From Gemmataceae bacterium (GTDB lineage Bacteria > Planctomycetota > Planctomycetia > Gemmatales > Gemmataceae), in NCBI GenBank assembly GCA_046350215.1, contig JAXMAU010000035.1, forward strand, positions 935-64,934: 64,000 nt of DNA. Reading direction: 5' to 3'. The notes beneath the pieces were generated by a model, which ran no database searches, was not told the origin of the DNA, and was given only the letters and a program-made list of their open reading frames with translations. Both the position numbers and the translations under genes were made by a program. Within the stretch, counting starts at the first letter, position 1, and every line of letters begins with the position of its first letter. This document shows, in pieces, positions 19,603 through 29,911 of this stretch.

Positions 19603-22545
19603 ATGACACCGTTTATCGAGCAGCAGCGCGAGGCGCTGGCCCGCCATCTCCGCCGGCACCTGGCCGGCGAGGTGCGCTTCGACCCGACCGCCCGCAAGCT
19701 GTACAGCACCGACGCCAGCATCTATCAGATGGTCCCGCTCGGAGTGGTGATCCCGCGGACGGCCGAGGACGTCGTCACCACCATGCAGGTGGCGTCCGAG
19801 ATGCGCGTGCCGATCACCGCGCGCGGCGGCGGCACCAGCCTGTCCGGCCAGGCGATCGGCGCCGGCATCGTCCTCGACTGCAGTAAGTACCTGAACGCGG
19901 TGCTGGACGTCGACCCGGCCAGCCGCACCGCGCGCGTCCAGCCCGGCGTGGTGCTCGACACGTTCAATCGACAGCTGGCCGGATACGGCTTGCAGTTCGG
20001 GCCGGACGTATCGACGTCCAGCCGCGCCAACCTGGGCGGGATGATCGGCAACAACTCGGCCGGAGCGCGGAGCATCGTCTACGGCAAGACGCTGGAGAAC
20101 GTCCGCGGCGTGCGGGTGGTGCTGAGCGACGGCTCGACCGCCGACCTCGGTCCGGCCAGCCTGGAGGAGTGGTCCGCTCGAGCGCGCCAGCCGGGGCTGC
20201 TCGGCGGCATCTACCGCACCGCCCGCCAGCTGGTCGTCGAGGGCCACGACGAGATTCGCCGCCGGTTCCCGCGTATCCTCCGCCGGGTGAGCGGCTACAA
20301 CCTCGATGCGCTGCTCGGGCTGGTCGAGGACGACCCCGCCGCCCGACCGGGGCTGCACCAGCTGCTCGTCGGCAGCGAGGGCACGCTGGCGCTGCTGACC
20401 GAGGCGGAGGTGAAGCTCGTCCCGACGCCGCGCTGTCGCGGGCTGCTGGTGCCGCAGTTTGACAGCATCACGGCGGCGATGAACGCATTGGCGGCGTGCC
20501 TGGAGATGCAGCCGTCGGCGATCGAGCTGATGGACCATCTGCTGCTGCGGCTGACGGCGGGCAACCTCGCCCTCCGCGAGACGACGCGGATGGTCGACGC
20601 GCGGACGCAGGCGCTGTTCATGGTCGAGTTCTCCAGCGACGAGCCGGCGGAAGTGGCCGACCGGGTGGAGAAGCTGCAGCGGCGGCTGGCGGGAGTGGCG
20701 GGCCTGATCACGGCCGTGCCGGCGATCGATCCGGCGGTTCGCGATCCGCTGTGGAACCTGCGGCGGGCGTCGATGCCACTTTTGTACAGCATGGTCGGCG
20801 ACCCCAAGCCGGTGACGTTCGTCGAGGACACCGCCGTCAGCCCCGACAAGCTGCCGGAGTTCGTCGTCCGCTTCCGCGAGATCCTGCATCGGTACGGCAC
20901 CGACGGCTCGTTCTACGGCCACGCCTCGGTGGGTTGTCTGCACATCCGCCCGGTGCTGAACCTGAAAGATCCCGAGCAGGTGGCGACCATGCGGCGGATC
21001 ACCGAGGAGGTGACCGACCTGGTGCTGGCGTTCGGCGGCGCGCTGTCGGGCGAGCACGGCGACGGGCTGACGCGCAGCGAGTGGAACCGCAAGATGTTCG
21101 GCCCGCTGGTGTACGACGCCTTCTGCCGGCTGAAGCAGGCGTTCGACCCCGACGGCGTGCTCAATCCCGGCAAGATCGTCGACGGCCCGCCGATGACGGC
21201 CAACCTCCGCTATCCGCCCGACTACCAGCCGGCCGAGCCGCGAACGGTGTTCGACTACAGCAAGCAGGAGGGGTTCCTGCGGTCGATCGAGATGTGTAAC
21301 GGCTCGGGGGTGTGCCGGAAAACAGCCGGCGGGGCGATGTGTCCGTCGTTCCGGGCGACGCTGGACGAGAAGGACAGCACGCGCGGTCGGGCGAACGCGC
21401 TGCGGCACGCGCTGAGCGATCCGAACGGGCTGGACTACCCGCGCAACGGCCCGCCGGTGCCGCGAGCGCTGCGGCAGCGCTGGGTTCACGAGGTGTTCGA
21501 CCTGTGCCTGATGTGCAAGGCGTGCAAGTCGGAGTGCCCGAGCAACGTCGACGTGGCCAAGCTGAAGGCGGAGTTTTTGCAGTTCTATTATCGTGGCCGG
21601 CCGCGCCCGCTGGAACACCTGCTGGTTGCCGGCCTGCCGTGGTTGAACCGGCTGGGCGCGCCGGCGGCGCCGCTGGTCAACTGGCTGCAGACGCGCCGGC
21701 CGGTGCGCTGGCTGCTCGACCGATTCGCCGGCCTCGACGCGCGCCGCAGCCTGCCACTGTTGCACCGCGACCACTTCCGCCGCTGGTTCCGCCGGCACCC
21801 GCGCGACCCGCACGCCGGCCGGCTGGGTAAGGTATTACTCCTGGCTGACTGCTTCACCACCTACAACGAGCCGGCGGTCGGGCAGGCGGCAGTGCGCGTG
21901 CTCGAGCGGGCCGGCTATGCCGTCGAGCTGGCGGAGCTGTTCTGCTGCGGCCGCACGCTCTTGAGCAAGGGGTTTCTGTCGCGGGCGCGGTCGTGGGTGC
22001 AGGCGCAGGCGCCGGCGCTGGCGCGGCGAGTGGCGGACGGCACGCCGCTGCTCGGGTTGGAGCCGAGCTGCCTGCTCACCCTGGCCGACGAGTGGCCGGA
22101 GCTGCTGCCGGGCGACGACACGCGGCGGGTGGCGGCGGCGGCGCGGCTGGCGGACGGCTGGCTGGCCGAACAGCTGGCCGCCGGCCGCGGCGAGCTGCCA
22201 CTCATCCCGACCGACGGCCGGTGCGTGCTGCACGGCCACTGCCACCAGAAAGCGCTGCTCGGGGTCGCCGCCAGCGCGCCGGCGTTGCGGCTGATCCCCG
22301 GCATGCAGGTGCAGACACTCGACGCCGGCTGCTGCGGGATGGCCGGGTCATTCGGGTTCGAGAAGGCGCACCACGACGTCAGCGTCAAGATCGCCAACCT
22401 GGCGCTGATCCCGGCGCTGAACGCCGCGCCCGACGCCACCGTGGTAGCGCCGGGGACGTCGTGCCGACATCAGATTCACGACCTGACCGGACGACGAGCG
22501 CTGCATCCGCTGGAGGTGGTCGCCGGCCAGATGCCGCCGAGCTGA
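19603..22545 (+). CDS. FAD-linked oxidase fused to 4Fe-4S and CCG domains (YdiJ/GlcD-GlcF-like 2-hydroxyacid dehydrogenase)
   Basis: Intact 980-aa ORF. FAD-binding PCMH-type N-terminus, two Cys clusters (CNGSGVCRK..CPS, CLMCKACKSECPSNVD), C-terminal CCG-type repeats. Confidence 0.85.
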   Translation: MTPFIEQQREALARHLRRHLAGEVRFDPTARKLYSTDASIYQMVPLGVVIPRTAEDVVTTMQVASEMRVPITARGGGTSLSGQAIGAGIVLDCSKYLNAVLDVDPASRTARVQPGVVLDTFNRQLAGYGLQFGPDVSTSSRANLGGMIGNNSAGARSIVYGKTLENVRGVRVVLSDGSTADLGPASLEEWSARARQPGLLGGIYRTARQLVVEGHDEIRRRFPRILRRVSGYNLDALLGLVEDDPAARPGLHQLLVGSEGTLALLTEAEVKLVPTPRCRGLLVPQFDSITAAMNALAACLEMQPSAIELMDHLLLRLTAGNLALRETTRMVDARTQALFMVEFSSDEPAEVADRVEKLQRRLAGVAGLITAVPAIDPAVRDPLWNLRRASMPLLYSMVGDPKPVTFVEDTAVSPDKLPEFVVRFREILHRYGTDGSFYGHASVGCLHIRPVLNLKDPEQVATMRRITEEVTDLVLAFGGALSGEHGDGLTRSEWNRKMFGPLVYDAFCRLKQAFDPDGVLNPGKIVDGPPMTANLRYPPDYQPAEPRTVFDYSKQEGFLRSIEMCNGSGVCRKTAGGAMCPSFRATLDEKDSTRGRANALRHALSDPNGLDYPRNGPPVPRALRQRWVHEVFDLCLMCKACKSECPSNVDVAKLKAEFLQFYYRGRPRPLEHLLVAGLPWLNRLGAPAAPLVNWLQTRRPVRWLLDRFAGLDARRSLPLLHRDHFRRWFRRHPRDPHAGRLGKVLLLADCFTTYNEPAVGQAAVRVLERAGYAVELAELFCCGRTLLSKGFLSRARSWVQAQAPALARRVADGTPLLGLEPSCLLTLADEWPELLPGDDTRRVAAAARLADGWLAEQLAAGRGELPLIPTDGRCVLHGHCHQKALLGVAASAPALRLIPGMQVQTLDAGCCGMAGSFGFEKAHHDVSVKIANLALIPALNAAPDATVVAPGTSCRHQIHDLTGRRALHPLEVVAGQMPPS

Positions 22546-22549
22546 CCGC

Positions 22550-23395
22550 TCACTTCTTCTCGAAGACGATGATGTGCTGCCAGGGCAGGACGTCGAGCGT
22601 CTTGACGTGGCGGAGCGGGTGAACCTCCATCTCGCGGATCACCTGCCGCTCGGTCATCTTGTGGACGAGCTTGATCGGCACCTTCGGGTCTTCCATGCGG
22701 TATTCCACGAAGACGATCTGTCCCCCGTGCTTCAGCGCCCGGACCATCGCCGCGGTCATTTCGTAGGGGTGGGAAAATTCGTGATACACATCCACGAGCA
22801 GGATCAAATCAACCGCCTCAGCCGGCAGCTTCGGATCGCGGATGGTTCCGCGCACCGGCACCACGTTGTCGACACGCAACACCCTCATGCGCCGGCGAAT
22901 GATGTCGAGCATTTCCTTCTGAATGTCGACCGCGTACACCTTACCCTTCGGTCCGACCTTCGCCGCCAGCGGAAAGGTGAAATAACCGCTGCCGGCGCCG
23001 ATGTCGGCGACGACCCCACCCGGCCGGATCGCCAGCGTCCGCAGCAGCTTGTCGGTGCGTTCCTCCTGCACCCGCTCCGGCCGCTCCAGCCAGCTTGCCC
23101 CCAGGTGTCCCATCACCTGAGCGATCTCGCGCCCCATGTAGAACTTGCCGATGCCGTCCGGGTCGTGGACCGCCCGAACCTCATACCGCGCCACCGGCGG
23201 CCCCGCGGCAGGGGAAGAAGAGGGAACCACAAAGATCACAAAGAACACAAAGAAAGAACAGAAAGAAGACAAGGAAGAATGAATAAGAAAAGAGGAATGT
23301 CGCTTTGGAAAGAACGCATGTGGTGCGGGCGTAGCCGGTGTGAACGCAGCCAGCGCGACGTCACGACGGTGAGGCGGCAAATGCCTATTCTTCAT
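22550..23395 (-). CDS. class I SAM-dependent methyltransferase (start uncertain)
   Basis: ..VVADIGAGSGYFTFPLA.. SAM motif, ..VYAVDIQ.., ..LILLVDVYHE... The hydrophobic N-terminal segment FCSFFVFFVIFVV is encoded by the CTTTGTG repeat element, so the true start may be internal. Confidence 0.75.
   Translation of the reverse strand: MKNRHLPPHRRDVALAAFTPATPAPHAFFPKRHSSFLIHSSLSSFCSFFVFFVIFVVPSSSPAAGPPVARYEVRAVHDPDGIGKFYMGREIAQVMGHLGASWLERPERVQEERTDKLLRTLAIRPGGVVADIGAGSGYFTFPLAAKVGPKGKVYAVDIQKEMLDIIRRRMRVLRVDNVVPVRGTIRDPKLPAEAVDLILLVDVYHEFSHPYEMTAAMVRALKHGGQIVFVEYRMEDPKVPIKLVHKMTERQVIREMEVHPLRHVKTLDVLPWQHIIVFEKK
23227..23295. repeat. polypurine/CACAAAG-triplet element (inverted partner of 23384-23454)
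   Basis: CCACAAAGATCACAAAGAACACAAAG followed by an A/G-rich tail. The reverse complement closely matches 23384-23454. Confidence 0.7.
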
Positions 23396-23454
23396 TTTTC
23401 CCTTTCTTATCCTTCTGATCTTTCTTCTCTTTGTGCTCTTTGTGATCTTTGTGG
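23384..23454. repeat. polypyrimidine/CTTTGTG-triplet element
   Basis: C/T-rich run ending in CTCTTTGTGCTCTTTGTGATCTTTGTGG. A related copy lies at 50751-50822. Confidence 0.7.
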
Positions 23455-23463
23455 TTAATCTCT

Positions 23464-26082
23464 TCAGTCTTCTTGGTGGTTCAATTCTTTTCTTAGCACT
23501 TTATAGTCGGTTTTGCCGGTGCCGAGGACGGGGAGAGTGGCGACCTGGCGGACCTCGTCGAGACGCATCACGCCGTGGAAGCCGTGCTTGAGTAACAGGT
23601 CGTTGGCGTCGCGCAGGGTGAGCGGCTCGGTGGTGAACAGGGCGATCCGTCGACCGCCGCCGTCCAGCTCTACCCCCTCCACCGCTACCCGCGGGCCGTC
23701 CTTCGTCGGCGGATACAGGGCGGCGAACGGCTCCTCCAGCGCCGGCAGCGAAATCATCTCGCCACCCGCCTTCACGAACCGCTTCAGCCGGCCGGCGAAA
23801 CGCAGGTAACCGTCGGCGTCCTGCTCCACCAGGTCGCCGGTGACGTACCAGCCGCTTGCCGTCCAGTTCGCGGAACGGCGACGGGTTGGTCGCCGCCCAG
23901 GTAGCCGGGGAATATCGTCGGCCCGCCCCACCAGCAGCAGGCCCCGCTCGCCCGACCGCACCGGGAGTCGCCGTCCAGCTCGACGATGCGCACCTCCACC
24001 GACGGCAGCGGTTTGCCCACCGTCCCGGGCTTCGTCGCTTGCGGCGGATTCACCGCCACCACCGGCGAACACTCCGTAATGCCATATCCCTCCAGAACGA
24101 CGGCGTTCAGCGCCGCCTCGGCGAAGCGGGTGAATACCGCGCGCGGCATTTCGTCGGCGACGACCATGCGCAGCGCCAGCTCGCCGATCGGGCGTTCGAG
24201 GATGTAGCTCAGGAACGTCGGGGTGCCGACCAGGATCGTCGGTTTGTACAGCCCCACCTTGCGCGCGCGCGCGCGCGTCGGTCGGGTCCGGATGCCGCAC
24301 CACACGCATGCCGGCGAGCAGGGGGAACAGGCCGGTGATCGACATGCCGAAGCTGTGAAACGCGGGCAAAAAGCCGAGGATGGAGTCCTTACGCGATACG
24401 TTTAACACCTTCAGCCCGTCACGCTGATTGCCCAGCAGGTTGCGGTGCGTCAGCGGCACTGCCTTGGGCGCCTTCTCCGAGCCGGAGGTGAACAGCACGA
24501 CCGCTGGGCTGTCCGGGTCCGGCCGCGGCACCTGCCGGCGGACCGCCGACGGGGCGTAGCGCACCTTGAGCAGCGTCAGCATCTGCGTGAGCTTGCGGAT
24601 CTCCTTGCGAACGGTTTCGAGGTAGACATAACTCGTCCCCGCCACCTCGACGCCGAGCCGGTCGACGAACGCCTTCGACGTGACGACGTGCTGCAGCTCC
24701 ATCAGCCGCGCGGCGTGGGCCAGGTTCGCCGGGCCGGTTGTCCAGTTCAGGACGACGGGTAACTTGTCCGCCAGATACAGCGCCATGAGCGCCACGTCGC
24801 ACGCCACCGAGGACGGCAGCAGCACGCCGACGTTCTTGCCGGGCAGCTGGCGGAAGCGGGCGGCCATCGTCAGCGCGCCAACCAGCAGCCGTTCGTAGGG
24901 CACGGCGCCGGCGCGGTCGTCGGCCGCTGCCACGTCGCGGCGACTGGCCAGCGCCCGCTCGACGAACGCCTCGGCGACCGTCTCGCCCAGGATGGCCGCC
25001 TCGTCGCTCGACGGCGGGGTGAACCACGCCGGATCGGCTGGCCGCGGCGCGCGCGCTGCCCGGACGCCAGGGCATACAGTTGCCCCACTGTCGCCGGCAC
25101 CTCGTCGCCATGAAACCCGAACCGCCGCTCGACGTTCAGGCTCAGTTCCATCCGCTCCAGGCTGTCCATGCCGAGCTGTTCGAGCGCCGTGTCCGGCTTC
25201 AGCTCATCCGGGAGCGAACGTCCGCTTCAGCTGGGCGGCCAGCATCTCGTCGACCGCTGTCCGCGTTTCCTCGCACCAGCCCGAGGTCGATCTCCTCGGT
25301 CGACTCGTAGGTCGGGAACTCCCGCGTCCGCGGGCCGAACAGGAAGTGGATCGGCACGAACGTCGGCGTTTCGGCGCCGTCGCCCTCGTTGTACCACCGC
25401 TCCAGCCACGGGTTGAGCACCTGCCGGTCCAGCCCCGGCAGCTGCGACCGCTCGATCGGTTCGAGCGTCAGGGTGACGTTCCGCCGCGGCGCGAAGAAGA
25501 CCAGGTTGGCGAGGATCCAGCCGAGACCCTGCACGGCGGCGCATGAACGGCGGGCGGCTTGCCGTTCCACCCGTAGCTGAACCGGCTGCCCCACACGCCG
25601 CGCGTGCGAACGAGCAGCAACTTCGCCTCCGGCACGTCGCGCAGCACTTCGGAAAGCGTGCGTGCGGACGCCGAGCCGCATCGACGCCGGTGCGGCTGCA
25701 CCCGGCCGGCCGGCCACAGGATCACGTTGCGGCCGGAGCGCGCCGCCAGCCTTGACCCCGTCGATCGCCTCGGCGGTACGGGCGGCCTCGGCGCTACTCT
25801 GCTCCAAGGTCCGGCACGCCGTGCCGCGTCGAGCAGCAGCATCACCGGGTAGAGCACCGGGTTCTTGAAGTTGCCCTCGTACAAAAGCGGTCGCGGATGG
25901 AGGTAAGGGAACAGCGTGGTCAGCACGATCGGCGGATCGATGTAGCCGGGGTGGTTGGGTAGCACCAGAAACGGCCCCTGCGCATCGCGCAGGCGGTCCT
26001 CGCCGCGCAGGCGGATGCGGTAGCGGAGCGACAGGACGCATCGGGCGAACGCCCACAGCAGGAACCGCAGCAGGGTGACCAT
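23464..26082 (-). pseudogene. tri-domain acyltransferase - acyl-carrier - AMP-dependent ligase (Aas-like), multiply frameshifted
   Basis: ATG 26082. PlsC-type NHPGYIDP motif, ACP-like LGMDSLERMELSLNVERRFGF, and an AMP-binding C-terminal part (..TSGSEKAPKAVPLTH.., ..GYGITECSP.., ..TGDLVEQDADGYLRFAGRLKRF..). Frames break in 23840-24300 and 24870-25850. Confidence 0.7.
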
Positions 26083-26268
26083 GACGAGGGTCCGAGGGGA
26101 GGGCGGTCACCGCGCCGGGCGTCGTACCGAGACGGGCGGGCTGCCGCTGGGAGGCACTGTACCGGATCGGCACGCCAGCTGCCAGGGTGTCACGCGGCCG
26201 GTTGACCTCGGCGGGCGATCAGATAGGAATAGGTGCATCGATGGCGGACGTCGGTCGTCGCCGCATTT

Positions 26269-27592
26269 ATGAAGCCAGGTTCCCCGATGCAACCGGACCC
26301 CGCAGCCCCCGCTCCGACACCCGCCGACCCCGGTCTGCCGCCCGTCCAGCCACCGTCGGGAGGGATGATCCTGCGGCTGTTCCTGGTGCCGTTCCTGATC
26401 GTCGCCGTGCTGGTCGGCGTCTACCTCGGCGGCCGGATGGTTCACAGCTCGCTCACCGGCGCCCATGCTCCCGAGCGCTATCTGAAACGGCTCGACAGCG
26501 ACAACCCGGAGATCCGCTGGCGGGCCGCCTCTGATCTGTCGCAGGAGCTGCCGCGCTCGCCGCGGCTGGAAATCGACGCCGCCTTCGCCGTCGAGCTGGC
26601 CGGCCGTCTCCGCGTCGCCCTCGTCGACAGCGCCGACGCCGAACAGGCGTTCGCCGAGCGGTACGACCGCCTGTCGCCGGCCGAGCGCGACAGCCAGGTC
26701 AATCGCGACCTGCTGCCGCGGCGCAAGCTCGTCACCTTCCTCGCCGCCTGTCTGAGCAACTTCGCCGTGCCGGTCGGCGCTCCGCTGCTGGCGGAAATGG
26801 CGACAACGGTGGGTGGGATGGAGCCGGGGGCACAGTCCGAGCGGGCGCGGGCTGGCGGCTGTTCAACCTGGCGGTGCTCGGGCAAAACTCACCCGCTTCG
26901 ACGCCCTGTCCGACGATGACAAGGAGCGCATCGTCACGACCTTGACCGCCGGTGCCGGGGCCGGAGGGGACAGCGGCCGGCCCGGTCGACCGCCGACTAC
27001 CTGCAACGCCGGCGAGAAAAGGCCGACGGCTTCGGGGTGCCGAAGAGCCTTCTCCGCTGTGCCGCCGACCCCGACCCGTACATTCGTGAGTTGAGCGCCT
27101 ACGCCAGTAACTTCTGGACTGGCACGGCGGTGGAGGAGAAGGCGATCGAGGACGCCCTGGTCAAGCTGGCGAACGATGACGGCGCTTGGCGAGGACCGGC
27201 TCCACGAGCGCGAGCGAACGAACCCGGCGGCGGGCGAGGCGCGGTCGGTGTGCAAGCGCAAGGGCTACCGCGTGCAGGTGAACGCCAACCTGGCGCTGTG
27301 CCGCCGCGGCAGTCCGCATGTCCGCCTCGACCTGCTCGACGAGATGCTCTCGCCCGAGCGGCTCGGCAAGGTGTTCGTCCTGCAGCAGCCCGACGGCGAG
27401 GAGCGGCCCGAGGCGGCGCTGATCAGCGGCCTCGTCGCCGGTACGCTCAAGGCGATGGGCGAGCTGCACCGGCGGCGGCCGGAGCTACCGCTCGACCGCT
27501 ACCGCCCGGCGATCAGCAAGCTGATCGAGAGCGACGATCCGGAGATACGCAAAGGCGCGGAGCGGCTGCTGGGCGAGCTGAGTGCGAAATAA
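26269..27592 (+). pseudogene. membrane-anchored HEAT-repeat protein, frameshifted centre
   Basis: ATG 26269, one TM (ILRLFLVPFLIVAVLVGVYLGG), HEAT-like units (DSDNPEIRWRAASDL, AADPDPYIRELSAY, ESDDPEIRKGAERLL). Four frames are needed across 26815-27180. Confidence 0.55.
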
Positions 27593-27616
27593 CCGCATCG
27601 TCGCGAGGAGGAACGC

Positions 27617-28639
27617 ATGGACGCGATCCACGTCGTCGGGGCCGGAGGCATCGGGCTGGCCGTCGGCCACACGCTGGCGCGCAACGGCGTGCCAGTGACG
27701 TTCGTCGAGACGGACGCCGACAAGCTCGCCGACGGCGCACGCCACGGTGTGCGTGTCGACCGTCGACCGGCCGCGCCCGCCGCGTTCGTCGCCTTCGCCA
27801 ACTGGCGGCCGACCGCCGACGGGGTGGTGCTGCTGTGTACCAAGTGCCCGGCCAACCGCGCCGTGCTCGACCGCCTTCCGCCATCGACCCGCCTCGTACC
27901 GATTCAGAACGGGTTCGACCCGGCGCTGGAAATTGCGCCGGCGCACGTCGAGGGGATCGCGTCGTTCGTCTCCGAGTGCGTGCCTGGCAAGGCGGAAACG
28001 CGCATCACTCGCCGCGGCGAGCTGCACCTGGGGGTTCACCCCGGTTCGTCGCCCACCGTCCCGCCGGAGCGGCACGCCCTGGTCGACCGGCTGGCGGCGC
28101 TGCTGTCTGGCGGACCATTCGCGGTCCGCAAAGTGGCTGACGTGCGGCCGTGGAAAGCGACCAAGCTGATGTACAACGCGGCGATCAGCCCGCTGGCGGC
28201 GGCGGCCGGGCTGGACAATGGCGAACTACTCCGCTGGCCGCGGTTGCGGGCGCTCTTCTTCGCCCTTTTGCGTGAGAATCACGCCATCCTCCGTCACGCC
28301 GGCGTGGCGCTGGAGCGCGTCGGCCCGCTGCCGCCGGCGACCGTCGCCCGCATCCTCGCCCGACCGTGGCTGGCGAACGCCCTGGCGTGGGCGTTCTACC
28401 CGTCGCTGCGCGGCACCTATTGCTCGATGGCCCCCGACCTGCGTCATCCGACTCCCGCCGGCACCGAGATCGACCACTACAACGGCCATCTGATCCGGCT
28501 GGCCGGCGACTACCCCTGTCCGCTCAACCAGGCGGTGTACACACTGATCCGCCGCATGGAGCGCGACGCCCTGCCGCCAGCGCCCGAACGACTCGACGCC
28601 CTGTGGCACCTGCTGGCGGACCGGGCCGCGGCGGCGTGA
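27617..28639 (+). CDS. 2-dehydropantoate 2-reductase family (ApbA/PanE-like) oxidoreductase
   Basis: Intact 340-aa ORF, GAGGAGGA upstream. VVGAGGIGLAVG dinucleotide fold and ..KLMYNAAISPLAA... Confidence 0.75.
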   Translation: MDAIHVVGAGGIGLAVGHTLARNGVPVTFVETDADKLADGARHGVRVDRRPAAPAAFVAFANWRPTADGVVLLCTKCPANRAVLDRLPPSTRLVPIQNGFDPALEIAPAHVEGIASFVSECVPGKAETRITRRGELHLGVHPGSSPTVPPERHALVDRLAALLSGGPFAVRKVADVRPWKATKLMYNAAISPLAAAAGLDNGELLRWPRLRALFFALLRENHAILRHAGVALERVGPLPPATVARILARPWLANALAWAFYPSLRGTYCSMAPDLRHPTPAGTEIDHYNGHLIRLAGDYPCPLNQAVYTLIRRMERDALPPAPERLDALWHLLADRAAAA

Positions 28640-28665
28640 GCGCCAGGGTCGACTTGATACGCCGT

Positions 28666-28695
28666 CACGCCCGTCGCTGCGCTCCGAGCGTGCCA
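28666..28695. repeat. 30-bp direct repeat, copy 1
   Basis: CACGCCCGTCGCTGCGCTCCGAGCGTGCCA, identical to 28871-28900. Confidence 0.8.
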
Positions 28696-28720
28696 CCCAT
28701 TGTCGCCCTTCGGAGATCTG

Positions 28721-28838
28721 CTGGGTGCCATGCCCACGCTGGCGTGGGCATGCGGCGTTACGCTGACCGGCCCCGTCCGCGGTACGCTACTCGCATCACA
28801 TGGCCACGCAAAGCCGTGGCCAGGGCGCCCAGCGAAGG
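28721..28838 (+). repeat. composite double-palindrome element (~115 bp), copy 1
   Basis: ATGCCCACGC-TG-GCGTGGGCAT (28730-28751), a conserved spacer (..GACCGGCCCCGTC..), then ATGGCCACGCAAAGCCGTGGCCA (28800-28822). Aligns with the reverse complement of 42571-42685 and 42699-42812. Confidence 0.8.
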
Positions 28839-28870
28839 GTGGGGGCGTGGGGATAGGCGTGCCGCGCAAC

Positions 28871-28900
28871 CACGCCCGTCGCTGCGCTCCGAGCGTGCCA
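28871..28900. repeat. 30-bp direct repeat, copy 2
   Basis: Identical to 28666-28695. Confidence 0.8.
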
Positions 28901-29012
28901 TCCAACAGAGGATGGCAACCGTCTCGCCAGGATCCCTTCGGCGGCCCGGTTGCCGGCGGGTGGCGGGGTTGCCAGAATGAGCGGCAGGCAAGGCGGCTGG
29001 AGTAACGGGAAA

Positions 29013-29215
29013 ATGGATCACCACGCCGAACGTCGGGATCGAGTCGTTCGCCTGCTTCGCGAAGAGGGGCTGGCGGCGGTCCTCGTCACCAGCCCGGTCA
29101 ACGTCACCTACCTGACCGGGTTCACCGGCGACACGACCGCGCTGGTGCTCACCGCCGACCGGACCGTTCTGGTAAGTGACCCGCGCTACGTCGGCCAGAT
29201 CGCCGACGAGTGTCT
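29013..29215 (+). pseudogene. clean 5' fragment of an Xaa-Pro aminopeptidase (M24) gene
   Basis: MDHHAERRDRVVRLLREEGLAAVLVTSPVNVTYLTGFTGDTTALVLTADRTVLVSDPRYVGQIADE, then unrelated sequence. The same stretch recurs in decayed form from 29912. Confidence 0.7.
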
Positions 29216-29890
29216 TCTCCGACCCGGCGCTTACCCCGCCGAGGAAACCCCAGATGGTCCGACCGCGATCGCTGGATCGTCCGCCGGCACGAACCACTGG
29301 GTCGACGTGGCCGATCGCGGTGGGGACATCTATGGGATGGTGGCCCCCGGCAAGTGGGGCATCAGTTCCTCTTCCGGTGATGCACAACCGGCAGATCTTT
29401 CTGGACTCGCCGCCGGACCGCGCTGACCCGGCCTGGGCGCGTCGACCGTCGGCTGCGAGTCGGCGGCGGGAATGGCTGCTGCTGTGCTCGTTACGCCGAA
29501 GGGATCAACTCCGCCAACGCCGCGACTGATTGCCAGCGGTGGCTGGTGGAAGTACGAGTGAAGAATGGCTGCCGGAGGGCGTTCACGGCCGAGCGGATGG
29601 CGGCTGCCTGGCCTTGGGTGCGGGTGATGCAGTTGCGGTGTGCCCTGCAAGAGCCGGGCGACCTGGACAGCGATGCGGCGGCTGCCACTGATCACCGTGC
29701 GGGATTTCGTCCGCGGGGTGGGGCGGCTGGGTGGGTTCATGGCGAGCCAGGGGGTATCCGGACATGGTCCGTGCCGCTCGGGAGAAGGCTGAGAACGCGA
29801 GTTGGTAATAGACTGGCCATGGCACCCAAGGGGGCGGGGATAGTGACGCTGTCGAGCGGTCTCGCCAGGATCCTCGGCGCCCTTGCCGGC
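29216..29890 (+). mobile_element. transposase relic (IS4/Tn5-like C-terminus), decayed
   Basis: Frameshifted readings ..ITVRDFVRGVGRLGGFMA.. and ..PGGIRTWSVPLGRRLRT.. resemble the ..RLGGFLGRKGDGEPG..TLWRGL.RL.. C-terminal block of IS4/Tn5-type transposases. This is from memory, and no intact ORF is present. Confidence 0.35.
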
Positions 29891-29911
29891 CCAGCGCAAG
29901 GCGGCTGAAAA

